Shown here: in pieces, positions 22,356 through 32,788 of the stretch
Layout: each line of letters begins with the position of its first letter
Position numbering within the stretch: the stretch's first letter is position 1
NCBI GenBank assembly: GCA_965203325.1
Contig: OZ241875.1
Span: 1,664,001-1,728,000, forward strand
Source of the DNA: a bacterium
GTDB taxonomy: Bacteria > UBA8248
Direction: 5' to 3'
DNA: 64,000 nt
Position numbers and translations under genes: made by a program
The notes under the pieces: model-generated
What the model was told of the DNA's origin: nothing
The model's input: only the letters and a program-made list of their open reading frames with translations
Databases searched by the model: none

Positions 22356-23752
22356 GGGCCCTCTCCCTCGGGAAAGACTTCTTCTACCCGGCACGTCAAG
22401 CCGCCTTGCGATAAACGAAGCCGCACGGATTCACCTGCCCTCACATCTTCGGCCTTTTTCACCAATGCGCCGGCGGGCTCCCTGTAGGCCAGGCTATACC
22501 CCCGCGCCAAAACAGCCAGCGGCGATACCAACTCAAGGCGCCCGGCGGCGTTCTCGAGCGCGTCCGCCCTGTTCTGCAGAAACAATCCATTCGCCATACG
22601 CAAGCGCTTCAGATTATCGTCAAGTTTCGATACGGATACAAGAATTTTTTCTTTGGGCGAGAGGGCGCGCAGCCTCGGGACTACTCCGGCCAAATGCGTC
22701 CATTTCATCTGCTGCTGGTGTCCGGCTTCTCTGCTCATGCGTTCATAGAGCGCATCCATACGCTGCGCCAACGATTCGAGCGGAGCCTCGGGCCTTCTGA
22801 ATACAGGTTCCCTGAGAAAACGAGACAACTTGTCATCCAGAGAGGCCAGGATAGTCTCGGCTGCCCGTCGCGCGTCATGGATCAAGCCGGTAATGTCCCG
22901 GGCGACATCCAGCCAGCCTCTGGCCACACGCTCCGCCGCCGCCGTGGGCGTAAGCGCCGATTCATCGGCGGCCAGATCACTCAGCGAGGTATCGACCTCA
23001 TGTCCCACTGCGGATATGAGGGGCGTCGCGCATCCGGCGATTGCCCGAACCACCTCTTCTTCGTTGAACGCCCACAAATCCTCCCGGCTCCCTCCGCCGC
23101 GGCCCGTGATGATGAGGTCCACGGGGCGCTCAATTTTAGCGAGGTTCTCGTCCGCCCTTCGAATCGCCGCAGCGATGGATGATGCGGCACCCTCGCCCTG
23201 CACCCGGGTGTGGAGGACCACGAGTTCGACAATCGGGGCGCGCTCCTTGAAAACCCGCAGCATATCCCGGAGGGCGGCGCCTTCCCGGCTCGTCACCAAC
23301 CCCACGCGGCGGGGGCGGTCGGGAATCTCCTTTTTCCGCGAAGGATCGAACAAACCTTCTTTTTCCAGCCGCTCGTGCAACTGGCGAAAAGCGACTTCGA
23401 GCGCGCCTTCGCCCAGGGGCTCCATGGAAAGCGCCGACACCTGGAAGCGTCCGTCTTTTTCATAAAGCGTCACCCGGCACCGGAGCATCACGCGCATGCC
23501 CGCTTCGGGTTCAAAGCGCAGAAAACGCCTGCGGCCCGAGAACATCACGGCGCTCACCCTGGACGTAGCGTCTTTCAGGTCAAAATAGGAATGCCCGGAT
23601 GGATAGGTGCTCCAGGAGGAAATTTCCCCCTCGACCAAAACCTCGCCGAATTCATCTTCCAGCAATTCTCTCGCGCGCGCATTGAGCTGTGAGACGGTGA
23701 GCACCGCCGGGGCTGCGCGAGGCGTATTGTCACCCAGAAGGTCTACGCTCAT
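22352..23752 (-). CDS. xseA: exodeoxyribonuclease VII large subunit
   Basis: TVSQLN, VEGEIS, SGHSYFDLKD, RGGGSREDLWAFNEE, ISAVGHEVD, TPTAAAE. Confidence 0.96.
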   Translation of the reverse strand: MSVDLLGDNTPRAAPAVLTVSQLNARARELLEDEFGEVLVEGEISSWSTYPSGHSYFDLKDATSRVSAVMFSGRRRFLRFEPEAGMRVMLRCRVTLYEKDGRFQVSALSMEPLGEGALEVAFRQLHERLEKEGLFDPSRKKEIPDRPRRVGLVTSREGAALRDMLRVFKERAPIVELVVLHTRVQGEGAASSIAAAIRRADENLAKIERPVDLIITGRGGGSREDLWAFNEEEVVRAIAGCATPLISAVGHEVDTSLSDLAADESALTPTAAAERVARGWLDVARDITGLIHDARRAAETILASLDDKLSRFLREPVFRRPEAPLESLAQRMDALYERMSREAGHQQQMKWTHLAGVVPRLRALSPKEKILVSVSKLDDNLKRLRMANGLFLQNRADALENAAGRLELVSPLAVLARGYSLAYREPAGALVKKAEDVRAGESVRLRLSQGGLTCRVEEVFPEGEGP

Positions 23753-23765
23753 CCAAAATCCCTTA

Positions 23766-24644
23766 TCAGTTCGATGCCCTCGCTTCTTGCGATTTGAGAG
23801 AATACGCTTGCGTCGTGTTCATCATCAGCATGGCGACCGTCATGGGTCCCACCCCGCCCGGCACCGGCGTGATGGCGGAAACCTTTTCGAGCAGAGGTTC
23901 GAAATCACAATCGCCGACCAGTTCCCCATCCACCCGGTTGATGCCGACGTCGACCACCACCGCTCCCTCGCGAACCATATCCGCGGTCAGGAATTTCGGC
24001 CGCCCCATGGCGGCCACGACGATGTCGGCTTCTCTCGTAATGGCGGGGATATCTCGCGTCCGGGAGTGGCACACCGTTATCGTTGCGTTTTCATGCATCA
24101 TCAGAATGGCCAGGGGAAGCCCCACGATCTTGCTGCGCCCGATGATGGCGGTTTTCTTCCCCTCCAGGCCGATATCGTAGAACTTCAGAATCTCGAGGAC
24201 GCCGGCGGGCGTGCAGGGCTTGAGCGCACCCTGCTTGAGCGCCAGTTTCCCGAAATTTTCCGGGTGAAACACGTCGGCGTCTTTTTGGGGGGATACCCTG
24301 CGCAACACTTCTTCTTCGTTCAAACCTTCGGGAAGCGGCAACTGCACCAGCATCCCGTCCACCTCGTCGTCCTGGTTCAACGCTTCGATGAGCGAGACGA
24401 TATCATCCTGGCCCGTGTCCTCGGGCAAATGGTGATCGAAAGTCCGGATGCCGAGTCTCTTGGCGGAACGCCCCTTGATGCGGACATACACCTGAGAGGC
24501 CGGGTCCTCACCCACGAGAACGACGGCGAGCCCCGGAGGCCTGCCCATCCGGGGCAGGAGGGCATCGATGGAGGCTTTCAACTCCTCCATCACCTTTTCC
24601 GCCACAGGTTTGCCTTCAAGGAGCAGGGCTTTTGCCATCTTCAT
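23766..24644 (-). CDS. folD: methylene-THF dehydrogenase/cyclohydrolase
   Basis: LVGEDPASQVYV, LVQLPLP, PCTPAG, GRSKIVG, ITPVPGGVGPMT. Confidence 0.97.
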   Translation of the reverse strand: MKMAKALLLEGKPVAEKVMEELKASIDALLPRMGRPPGLAVVLVGEDPASQVYVRIKGRSAKRLGIRTFDHHLPEDTGQDDIVSLIEALNQDDEVDGMLVQLPLPEGLNEEEVLRRVSPQKDADVFHPENFGKLALKQGALKPCTPAGVLEILKFYDIGLEGKKTAIIGRSKIVGLPLAILMMHENATITVCHSRTRDIPAITREADIVVAAMGRPKFLTADMVREGAVVVDVGINRVDGELVGDCDFEPLLEKVSAITPVPGGVGPMTVAMLMMNTTQAYSLKSQEARASN

Positions 24645-24691
24645 CCTTCATCATCGGGCGAGCCGGCGGCGGACTTTATTATATTTGGCGA

Positions 24692-25663
24692 CTATACCAG
24701 AATCTTTCCGTCCTGGATGATCATCTGCTCATCCGCCCATACGGTGGGGTTGTCGAAGATCATGTCGATGTGGAGCGGGGCTTCGATCACGCCCCCGATG
24801 CTGCCGCTGTCGCCCACCGCCATGTGGCACGTGCCCCACGTCTTTTTCGCCTCCCGCATCGTCTCCCGGGGGCGGCATGCCGGATTCGTGCCGATGGCGA
24901 ATTCCGCCACGTTCTTCGCCAGGTCCCCGTTCTCATCCAGCAGTTTCCAGAACCTGTCCGCGGCGGCGCTTCCCGTGATGGACGCCACCTTGCCGTCCTT
25001 GATCTCGAGACGTATGGGCTCGGTGACGAAGCCCAGATCCTTCCGCTCGATGGAGAAGGGATTCACCATCACGCCGTTCGACGTGCCCTCAAGAGGGCTC
25101 ATGGCCGCTTCGCCGTCGGGACACGCCGCGAATTCGCCGGATTTTCTCGCCACGCCGATGAGCGGGAAGCAGGTCCTGCCTTCCAGCGAGAATTCCATGT
25201 CGCACCCATCGGGCGTCGTGAACCGGCCCGTCTTGGCCTCGGTGTAGATGTCGGAAATCGTCCGGGTGACCCGGGCGAGTTCGTCGTAGTCGGCCAGGGC
25301 GCCGCCCGCGACCATCATGTCCTCGCGCCATCCCCACATGTCCAGAACGCGCGCGCCCTCCCTGAGCGCGTTCCTCGCCGTCTCGGTATGGATGGTGGCG
25401 AAGCTGGTCTGGAGTATCACCACGTCCGATGCCGCCATCGCCGCCCCCACATGCGGCAGCGGGTCGATTCCCCCGTTCATGTGAGGGGGCATGTGCATGA
25501 CGGAGAGTCTGGCGCCTGCGCCGCTCAAGGCATGGGCCAGCGCCTCGGTGACCGAAGCGGGGCGATCCGAATCCGTCACGAGAAGCACCAGCTCGCCCTC
25601 TTTCACGTCAAGAACCTGCTCTACGATTCGTCTGGCGGTAGGCGCCATATTGAACTTTACCAT
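24692..25663 (-). CDS. M29-like (leucyl aminopeptidase T-type) metallohydrolase
   Basis: [31 protein letters not shown]. Confidence 0.82.
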   Translation of the reverse strand: MVKFNMAPTARRIVEQVLDVKEGELVLLVTDSDRPASVTEALAHALSGAGARLSVMHMPPHMNGGIDPLPHVGAAMAASDVVILQTSFATIHTETARNALREGARVLDMWGWREDMMVAGGALADYDELARVTRTISDIYTEAKTGRFTTPDGCDMEFSLEGRTCFPLIGVARKSGEFAACPDGEAAMSPLEGTSNGVMVNPFSIERKDLGFVTEPIRLEIKDGKVASITGSAAADRFWKLLDENGDLAKNVAEFAIGTNPACRPRETMREAKKTWGTCHMAVGDSGSIGGVIEAPLHIDMIFDNPTVWADEQMIIQDGKILV

Positions 25664-25854
25664 TTCATCACCCCTGCATTATGGAAACTGAAATTGACGA
25701 TGCCTCGATTCGAAATGAACCGGTTACCGGCGGAACTTTCTTTTGGACGGATTGCATTATATGGGCCGATGAAACGTACTCGCAAGGGCGCGGCTTGATA
25801 TGCGAAAATCAGCCGTATCTCACAGATTCCGGTTCTCTCAAATGTGAGTCACAA

Positions 25855-26271
25855 ATGGAAACGCCCAGAAATCCTTATCTTACAGTGGACGTCATCATCG
25901 AAATCGAGGATGAGAAGGGCGAGCAAGGGGTCGTGATGATTGAGCGCAAAAATCCTCCCTATGGATGGGCTTTGCCGGGTGGATTCGTCGACTACGGGGA
26001 AACGCTCGAAAGCGCTGCAATACGAGAAGCCAAAGAGGAAACCTCGCTCGATGTGGAACTGATTCGCCAGTTTCATGCCTACAGCGACCCCGGGCGCGAC
26101 GAGAGGCAGCACAACGTGACCGTCGTGTTCATCGCAAGGGTTCTTGGCGGAGTCTTAAAAGCGCGGGACGACGCCAGGCGCGCAGGCGTTTTCGCCGAAA
26201 ACTCCCTGCCCGCTGAAATCGCATTTGATCACGCGGACATTCTAAACGATTATTTTTCAAGGAAGTACTAG
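25855..26271 (+). CDS. NUDIX hydrolase
   Basis: Nudix box [39 protein letters not shown]. Confidence 0.93.
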   Translation: METPRNPYLTVDVIIEIEDEKGEQGVVMIERKNPPYGWALPGGFVDYGETLESAAIREAKEETSLDVELIRQFHAYSDPGRDERQHNVTVVFIARVLGGVLKARDDARRAGVFAENSLPAEIAFDHADILNDYFSRKY

Positions 26272-26384
26272 CGTGACCCGCCTGGGCGAAAGGCGTATCG
26301 AAACACAGTGTGCTATGATGGATAGGTAACGTGGGGGAGCACGCCTGTTTCCCCGATTTTTCTTTGACTTAGGGTTTACGAGAC

Positions 26385-27092
26385 ATGGGTGGACTCCTCG
26401 GAAGTTTCGGGCGCGGATTCGAGTCGATGCGAAAGGACATCGCCGCCGTCATGGAGCGCGACCCCGCCTGCAGGTCGAAACTGGAGGTGATTCTCTGCTA
26501 TCCGGGATTTCACGCCGTCTGCCTGCACCGGATGGCCCACTACTTCTGGAAGCGGGGCTTTCTGCTCCTGGCGCGCTGGCTGAGCCACTGGAACCGGTTC
26601 ATCACGGGCATCGAAATTCATCCGGGCGCGCGGATCGGCGAAGGGCTATTCATCGACCACGGCATGGGCGTCGTCATCGGTGAAACGACGCATATCGGGA
26701 AAAACTGCACCATCTACCAGGGGGTGACGCTCGGCGGCGTGAGCCTCAAGAAAGAAAAAAGGCATCCCTCTCTGGAGGACAACGTCGTCGTCGGCGTCGG
26801 CGCCCGGGTGCTGGGTCCGCACGTCATCGGCGCAGGCAGCCGCATCGGCGCCAGTTCGGTCGTCATCTCGGACGTTCCGCCCGGCTGCACGGTCGTCGGC
26901 GTGCCCGCGCGCATCGTCTACCGGGAGGGGCAAGGCAAAACGGACGATCTGCTCCCCGTCTCTTTCGAGCACCACGAGTTGCCCGACCCGGTGGAGGCGG
27001 CCATTCAGGCCCTGAACCAGCGCATCGCGGCCCTCGAGAGAGAACTGGCCCAGGCGCGGGAACCGGCACAGGAAAAACAAGAGACCCCATGA
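26385..27092 (+). CDS. cysE: serine O-acetyltransferase
   Basis: [37 protein letters not shown]. Confidence 0.96.
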   Translation: MGGLLGSFGRGFESMRKDIAAVMERDPACRSKLEVILCYPGFHAVCLHRMAHYFWKRGFLLLARWLSHWNRFITGIEIHPGARIGEGLFIDHGMGVVIGETTHIGKNCTIYQGVTLGGVSLKKEKRHPSLEDNVVVGVGARVLGPHVIGAGSRIGASSVVISDVPPGCTVVGVPARIVYREGQGKTDDLLPVSFEHHELPDPVEAAIQALNQRIAALERELAQAREPAQEKQETP

Positions 27093-28258
27093 ACACCATC
27101 TACATGGACCACAACGCGACCACCCCGATGCGGCCCGAGGTTCTGGCCGCGATGCAGCCCTATCTCGGCGAGAAATTCGGGAACCCGAACAGCATCCACC
27201 GGTACGGCCGCGAAACCAGAATCGCGATTGAAGACGCCCGCGACCATGCGGCGGCCCTCATCGGCGCCGTTGACAGCGATGAAATCTTCTTCACCTCAGG
27301 CGGTACGGAGAGCGACAACTGGGCGCTCCGGGGCGTCGTCTCCGCTGCGGGGGGAAGGAGCCACATCGTCACCACGGCGATCGAGCACGAGGCCGTCCTC
27401 GCGACGTGCCAGACCCTGGAAGCGGAGGGGGCGGAAGTCACCTACGTGAAGCCGGACCGGAAGGGGCGCGTCATAGCCCAAGACGTGGCGGCGGCGATCC
27501 GGCCGGATACCAAAATCGTGTCCGTCATGTGGGGCAACAACGAGGTCGGCACGGTTCAGCCGATCCATGAGATCGGCGCACTTTGCCGGGAGCGCGGAAT
27601 CCTGTTCCACACCGACGCCGTGCAGGCGATGGGGAAGGAGGCCATCGACGTGGAGCGCGCCGGCGTGTCCCTGCTTTCCGCCACCGGACACAAATTCAAT
27701 GCTTTGAAGGGCGCGGGCTTTTTATACGTCAAAAAAGGAACCGAGCTCGACCCCTTCATGACCGGCGGCGGGCAGGAGCAGAAACTCCGCTCGGGCACGG
27801 AGAACGTGGCCGGCATCGTGGCGTTGGGGGAAGCGTGCCGCATCGCGAAAGAAGAAGGCCCGCAATCCGCCAGGAACGTCGCCGCCATGAGAGACCGGCT
27901 CGAAAACGAAATCTGCGAGCACGTTCCCGACGTGCTGGTCAACGGCGATACGGCGCACAGGCTGCCCGGCACGTCGAACCTGGGCTTCATCGGCGCGGAA
28001 GGGGAAACACTCCTGATCCGCCTGGATCTCGAGGGCATCGCCGTAAGCACGGGGGCGGCCTGCAGCTCCGGCTCCCCCGAGCCCAGCCACGTTCTTCTGG
28101 CGATGGATTTGCCCCAGGAAACCGTGCAGGGCTCGCTCAGGTTCAGCCTCGGCTACGGCAACTCGGATGCGGACATCGACAGGCTGCTCGAAGTGCTGCC
28201 CGAGGCCGTCAGCAAGGTGCGCGAGATGGCGCCGCGCCTCAAATCGACGAAAACGTGA
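27089..28258 (+). CDS. iscS: cysteine desulfurase (IscS/NifS group I)
   Basis: [43 protein letters not shown]. Confidence 0.95.
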   Translation: MNTIYMDHNATTPMRPEVLAAMQPYLGEKFGNPNSIHRYGRETRIAIEDARDHAAALIGAVDSDEIFFTSGGTESDNWALRGVVSAAGGRSHIVTTAIEHEAVLATCQTLEAEGAEVTYVKPDRKGRVIAQDVAAAIRPDTKIVSVMWGNNEVGTVQPIHEIGALCRERGILFHTDAVQAMGKEAIDVERAGVSLLSATGHKFNALKGAGFLYVKKGTELDPFMTGGGQEQKLRSGTENVAGIVALGEACRIAKEEGPQSARNVAAMRDRLENEICEHVPDVLVNGDTAHRLPGTSNLGFIGAEGETLLIRLDLEGIAVSTGAACSSGSPEPSHVLLAMDLPQETVQGSLRFSLGYGNSDADIDRLLEVLPEAVSKVREMAPRLKSTKT

Positions 28259-28267
28259 GAAAAATCC

Positions 28268-28660
28268 GTGGCTCCCAAAGACGATTACCACTATAACGAG
28301 ACGGTCCTCCGCCACATCGCCGACCCGCGCAACATCGGCGTCATCGAAGACGCGGACGCCGAGGGGAGCGGCACGAACCCCGTCTGCGGGGATGAAGTGA
28401 CGCTCTACCTCAAATTCGAGGGCGTGGCGGTCACCGACGCCAGGATCAGGATTCTCGGCTGCGGGGCGATCACCGCCGCCATGAGTTCCCTGACGGATAT
28501 GGTGCGCGGAAAAACCGCGGAGGAGCTTTTGGAAATCACCGCGGAGGAGATCGCGCAAAGCGTCGGCGGCCTCCCCACCCACAAACGCCACTGCGCCACC
28601 CTCGCCCGGCGGATACTCCAGAACGCCCTGAAATCGAGAAGCTTAAAGAACTCTCCATGA
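28268..28660 (+). CDS. iscU: Fe-S scaffold protein (IscU/NifU N-terminal type)
   Basis: PRNIG, NPVCGD, GCGAI, KRHC. Confidence 0.9.
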   Translation: MAPKDDYHYNETVLRHIADPRNIGVIEDADAEGSGTNPVCGDEVTLYLKFEGVAVTDARIRILGCGAITAAMSSLTDMVRGKTAEELLEITAEEIAQSVGGLPTHKRHCATLARRILQNALKSRSLKNSP

Positions 28661-29118
28661 GGCCATCTCTATCGGTCAAAGTCCTGGAACTGGACGGCTT
28701 GAAGCTCTGGGCGCTTCGCACGGACGCGCCTGCGACGCCTGAGACCATCGGCCTCACCCAGGCGCGCCTGCTCCGGATATGCGGGAACCTCCCCCGCATC
28801 GGCCCCGCTTGCGGATTCGACCATGGAGAGGGGGGATACGAAGCGTGCCGGCGAGCGCTTTCGGATCTGCCAAGACCTGAAGAACTCCATGAGACGAACT
28901 TTCCGGGCGGATGGCATGCGGTGGGTACGCACAGCGGGGGATACGAGGCGCTTTGCGTCACGTTGGGCGAGATGCTCGAACAATGGCTGCCGCACAGCGG
29001 TTTCAGGAGAAGAGAAGGCCCGCTGGTGTACCGTTACGTCACCGACCCCCGCGAAACGGCGGAAGCCGACATCCGAACCGAAATCTGCGTGCCCGTTCAG
29101 CCCGATCCGATTGAGTGA
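28657..29118 (+). CDS. GyrI-like small-molecule-binding protein
   Basis: PGGWHAVGTHSGGYE, WLPHSG, YVTDP...RTEICVPV. Confidence 0.75.
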   Translation: MRPSLSVKVLELDGLKLWALRTDAPATPETIGLTQARLLRICGNLPRIGPACGFDHGEGGYEACRRALSDLPRPEELHETNFPGGWHAVGTHSGGYEALCVTLGEMLEQWLPHSGFRRREGPLVYRYVTDPRETAEADIRTEICVPVQPDPIE

Positions 29119-29126
29119 GGGGCATC

Positions 29127-29346
29127 GGACAGGTCGCGACCTGTCCCTACGAGAACCACATAAATCGAATCGAACCCGTAGGGGCGGCCCCCCGTGATTC
29201 GCCTTCGGTCGTCATTCCGGCGAAAGCCGGAATCCATTTGCGGGTGCGGGTGAATGAACTGCGGTGTATCCTTCCCCGCCGATGCGCGGGAACCATGACG
29301 AAAGGCAAAAGGCGTAAAATGGATTCCGGCTTTCGCCGGAATGACG
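29127..29346. repeat. REP mosaic: GTAG-type REPs (29127-29150, 29178-~29203) plus GTCATTCC doublet (29210-29346)
   Basis: ggacaggtcgcgacctgtccctac; cgtcattccggcgaaagccggaatcc ... ggattccggctttcgccggaatgacg. Confidence 0.85.
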
Positions 29347-29403
29347 GTGGGTTATCTCGGTCGACGGGGAAAGGAACAAGGACAAATCACGGTCTCAGAC
29401 AAA

Positions 29404-32355
29404 TCACGCCCGGGAGATCCGGCACAGCAAACTCTTGAGGTTCGTCTGGTCCGAGCACGGGTCGCGCTGCGTGATGTCCGTCAGGAAATTCACCGACCGC
29501 CAGGGGTGGTAGGGCTGGCGCTCCCCCCAGCCGATGGGAACGTATACCGCGTCCTCCCGGATGCCCGCATTCACCCAGGCCATCGCCTCGATGGCGCCGT
29601 GCGCCGTCTCCACCCGGACTTTCTCGCCGTCTTCGATTCCCAGTTCTCGCGCTTTCAGAGGATGAATCTGGCAATAGAGGTCCGGCCACATCTCCTGCGC
29701 CTGCCAGAAATAATGCGTCCAGCTATGAAAATGCGGCGCGGGCGGGCGGCCCGTTATGAGCGTCGTCTCGAAGCCTTGCCGGCGTAGCACATCGCCCGGG
29801 TTCTTCCCGTCGGGCTGAATGATTCTGGCGGCGCGGGAACCCGTGGGCGCCTTGGAGAACGGGGAGATGATCGCCAGATCGTCATCTTCGTGTTCATATT
29901 CGAGATACGGCAACCCCAGGAGATTCTCTTTCTCGCTGTAGAACTCAGGCAGCGCTGAGAGTCCGACTTGAGAGAATTTTTCCTCCAACGCCTCCGTCCA
30001 GAACTCCAGCCTTCCGCTCGGCGTCGGGAAGCGCTTGCCCTCCGGCTGCCCGGTGGCGGTCGTTCCTTCGAGATAAAGCGTCTCCTGCTCCGGGGCGTCC
30101 TCGCTCGCGACGGGGAAACGCACCCACCGGTAGGGAACCGAGTGGAGGCGTTTCTGCGTCACGCCCCGGAGGAAATCGTTGTCGATGCACATCTCGTCCC
30201 AGAACCTGCCCGGGTCCTTGTATTCCTCTTTCATCACGTCGCCGAACCCGAGGCGCCTGCCGAGTTCCGTCCATATCCACCCGTCGGGCTTCGCCTCTCC
30301 CGGCGGGTCGATCATCTTGTCGATCCAGACGATTCTCCTGTCGTCGTTCGTGCGGCCCAGCTCGCCTTTCTCGATCCCCCCCGCCGCGGGCAGCACGTAA
30401 TCCGCATAGGCTGAGGTCTCGTTCACGAACAACTCGATGTGGACGATGAGGTCGAGCGCTTTGAATGCCGCACGCGCCTCATCCTGACCCGGCCATTGCG
30501 CGAGCGGGTTGTTGCACGTGATGAGGCCCTTGATGGGATACGGCTCCCCCTTCCGCATGGCGCTCAGCCAGCCGGCCGGGCTCCTGCGCACCATCGGCTT
30601 CCCGATTTCCGCCCGTCTGTGCTCGGGCGCGTTGGCGGCGATGGGCGGCCCCGCCGTCATGTTCACATAGGCGCCGCCCTTTCGGCCCCAGTTCCCCGTT
30701 ATCGCGGCGACGAACATGAACGCCCGGTTGGTCTGCACCGAGTTGGTGTGCTGGTTGAGTCCCCGGCTCCCGAAGATGACGCAGCCGTCCGCCCCCGCCA
30801 CGTCCCCGGCGAGCGCGCGAATCTCATCCGCGGGTATGCCCGTCACGCCCTCCGCCCAATCGGGGGAATAGCCCTTGGCGATAATGAAATCGCGCCAGCG
30901 CTCCCAGCCGAGCACCCATTCATCGCAAAAAGGCTGATCGTGCAAATTTTCAGAGAGAATATGGTGGACCATGGCTAGGCCGAGCGCCATGTCGGTGCCG
31001 GGGCGGATGGCGAGCCATTTGTCCGCCTTGCTCGCCGTCGCGGTATACCTCGGGTCGACGACCACCATCTTCGTCTTGTTCCTGATGCGCCAGTCGTTCA
31101 CCTTGCCGAAGTAGACCGGGCGCGTCTCCGCCTGGTTGTCCCCGACGTAGAGATACATCCCCGCGCTGCCGATATCCTCCGGCGTATAGCTGTTCCCGTT
31201 GCCGTTGATCCCGTGCGTCACCTCGTAGGCGACCACCTTGCCCGCCGCGCAGAACGGGTCCGTCCCCTGGAGATTCGGCGTGCCCCACATCTGGCTGAAC
31301 AGCCGCGCATAGCCTTTCTGCGTAATCAACCCCGTGCGGGTCCCTACGAACATCGCCAGCGCCTCCGTGCCCCACTTTTCCTTCAGGACTTCGAGTTTCG
31401 CGGCGATCTCATCGAGCGCCTGCTCCCAGGTGATGCGCTCGAACGCATTTTCGCCCCGGCGGCCGACGCGCTTCAAGGGATATTTCAGGCGGTGTTCGTT
31501 GTGGTGGAGCTGCAGCGTGAACTGCGCCTTGGGGCAGATTTTTCCGTCCAGGACGGGGTCTTCATCGTTCCCCGTCACGTTGATGAGCTTATCGCCCTGG
31601 AAATGAAACTTGGCGGTGCAGCAGTTGAAGCAGAAATTACACCCCCCCGGCTCGACGCGGTCCGCCTGGAGCGCGTTTTTGTCGTGCAGGTAGGGAAAGG
31701 CGGGGCCTTTCTCCTCGAAAACGCCGTTCGCTTCGGGTGAATCCACGAACCGGGGCCGGCTCGGTTTTTCACCCGAACCCAAGCCGTCCTTTCCGTTCAC
31801 GCGACTGTTTTCCCTCGCGATTTTCTCCAGATATATCGTCTGCGGCTTCAGGAGAAAATGATCGTGATCCCGAAGATGACGACCCTCTCCCTCCGCTTGT
31901 TCGAGAAGCGTGTCCCTTTCGCCGAAAGAAATCGCGTAGCCCGGACAGATCTCGGCGCAGGCGGGCTCCAGATTCTTCTCCCGTCTGTCGGGGCAGAGGT
32001 CGCATTTCACCGAGTGATGCCCCTGCGCGTCATAGCCCATCGCGCTGTAGGGACACGCCATGACGCATTCCCCGCAGCCCGTGCAGAGGGCTTCATGCAC
32101 TTCCACCACGCCGGTATCGGGGTCTTTGGTTATCGCCTTGGGATGAACGGGGCAGGCCCTGAGACAGGCAGGGCGCTCGCAATGCTGGCAGGTCAGCGTG
32201 AGGAAATCGGGCGCGCCCGTGGAGGCGTCCCCCAGCCAGACCACCTTGTTCCGGTATTGGCCGGGCCCCAGCCTGTGCTCCTGCTTGCACGCCGCCTCAC
32301 AGCTCTTGCAGCCGAAGCACCGCTCCAGATCGATCATCAAGGCCAGCTTGCTCAA
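29404..32355 (-). CDS. Mo/W-bisPGD oxidoreductase with fused N-terminal 4x[4Fe-4S] (DmsB/NrfC-like) domain
   Basis: N-terminal CFGCKSC, CQHCERPAC, CTGCGEC, KCDLC..PACAEIC; then CNFCFNCC...ICPK, RLKYPLKR, VVVDPR, IRPGTD, ADYVLPA, FPTPSGRLE; TTG start with AAGGAG. Confidence 0.9.
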   Translation of the reverse strand: MSKLALMIDLERCFGCKSCEAACKQEHRLGPGQYRNKVVWLGDASTGAPDFLTLTCQHCERPACLRACPVHPKAITKDPDTGVVEVHEALCTGCGECVMACPYSAMGYDAQGHHSVKCDLCPDRREKNLEPACAEICPGYAISFGERDTLLEQAEGEGRHLRDHDHFLLKPQTIYLEKIARENSRVNGKDGLGSGEKPSRPRFVDSPEANGVFEEKGPAFPYLHDKNALQADRVEPGGCNFCFNCCTAKFHFQGDKLINVTGNDEDPVLDGKICPKAQFTLQLHHNEHRLKYPLKRVGRRGENAFERITWEQALDEIAAKLEVLKEKWGTEALAMFVGTRTGLITQKGYARLFSQMWGTPNLQGTDPFCAAGKVVAYEVTHGINGNGNSYTPEDIGSAGMYLYVGDNQAETRPVYFGKVNDWRIRNKTKMVVVDPRYTATASKADKWLAIRPGTDMALGLAMVHHILSENLHDQPFCDEWVLGWERWRDFIIAKGYSPDWAEGVTGIPADEIRALAGDVAGADGCVIFGSRGLNQHTNSVQTNRAFMFVAAITGNWGRKGGAYVNMTAGPPIAANAPEHRRAEIGKPMVRRSPAGWLSAMRKGEPYPIKGLITCNNPLAQWPGQDEARAAFKALDLIVHIELFVNETSAYADYVLPAAGGIEKGELGRTNDDRRIVWIDKMIDPPGEAKPDGWIWTELGRRLGFGDVMKEEYKDPGRFWDEMCIDNDFLRGVTQKRLHSVPYRWVRFPVASEDAPEQETLYLEGTTATGQPEGKRFPTPSGRLEFWTEALEEKFSQVGLSALPEFYSEKENLLGLPYLEYEHEDDDLAIISPFSKAPTGSRAARIIQPDGKNPGDVLRRQGFETTLITGRPPAPHFHSWTHYFWQAQEMWPDLYCQIHPLKARELGIEDGEKVRVETAHGAIEAMAWVNAGIREDAVYVPIGWGERQPYHPWRSVNFLTDITQRDPCSDQTNLKSLLCRISRA

Positions 32356-32373
32356 GAGTCACTCCTTAAGGGA

Positions 32374-32777
32374 GGGGTGTCGAAAAGGTCCCACAGAGGG
32401 AGCGCGTTGAATTTCACTCGCCCCTTGAGGGGGCTGCTGAAAAACCCCTGCAATGACGAGATTGCCGTCATTCCGGCGAAAGCCGGAATCCATTTTCAGG
32501 CAGAATGATAATACTGCGGCTTTTCATCTCCTCGTCATTGGCGCGAATCGATCAGAAAACCAAGAACAAAGGCAAAACAAATGGATTCCGGCTTTCGCCG
32601 GAATGACGAACAAAACCGCACCATCTCGTAGGGACAGGCCTCCGTGCCTGTCCTAACGGCAACCATCCCGCAAAGGACAACCACAGAGGGTTGTCCCTAC
32701 AACCACCATTCCTCCTTTATCAAACTTTTTCAACAACCCCGTATGCACCCCTCCGCAGGCAGATTTCCCAACACCCC
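32374..32777. mobile_element. nested MITE-like elements with IS1182-like ends enclosing GTCATTCC (32466-32608) and GTAG (32628-32700) REP doublets
   Basis: Outer GGGGTGTCGAAAAGG / gatttcccaacacccc; inner GGGGGCTGCTGAAAAACCCC (32429-32448, after TTGA) / actttttcaacaacccc (32724-32740). Confidence 0.6.
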
Positions 32778-32788
32778 GACCACGCGGG

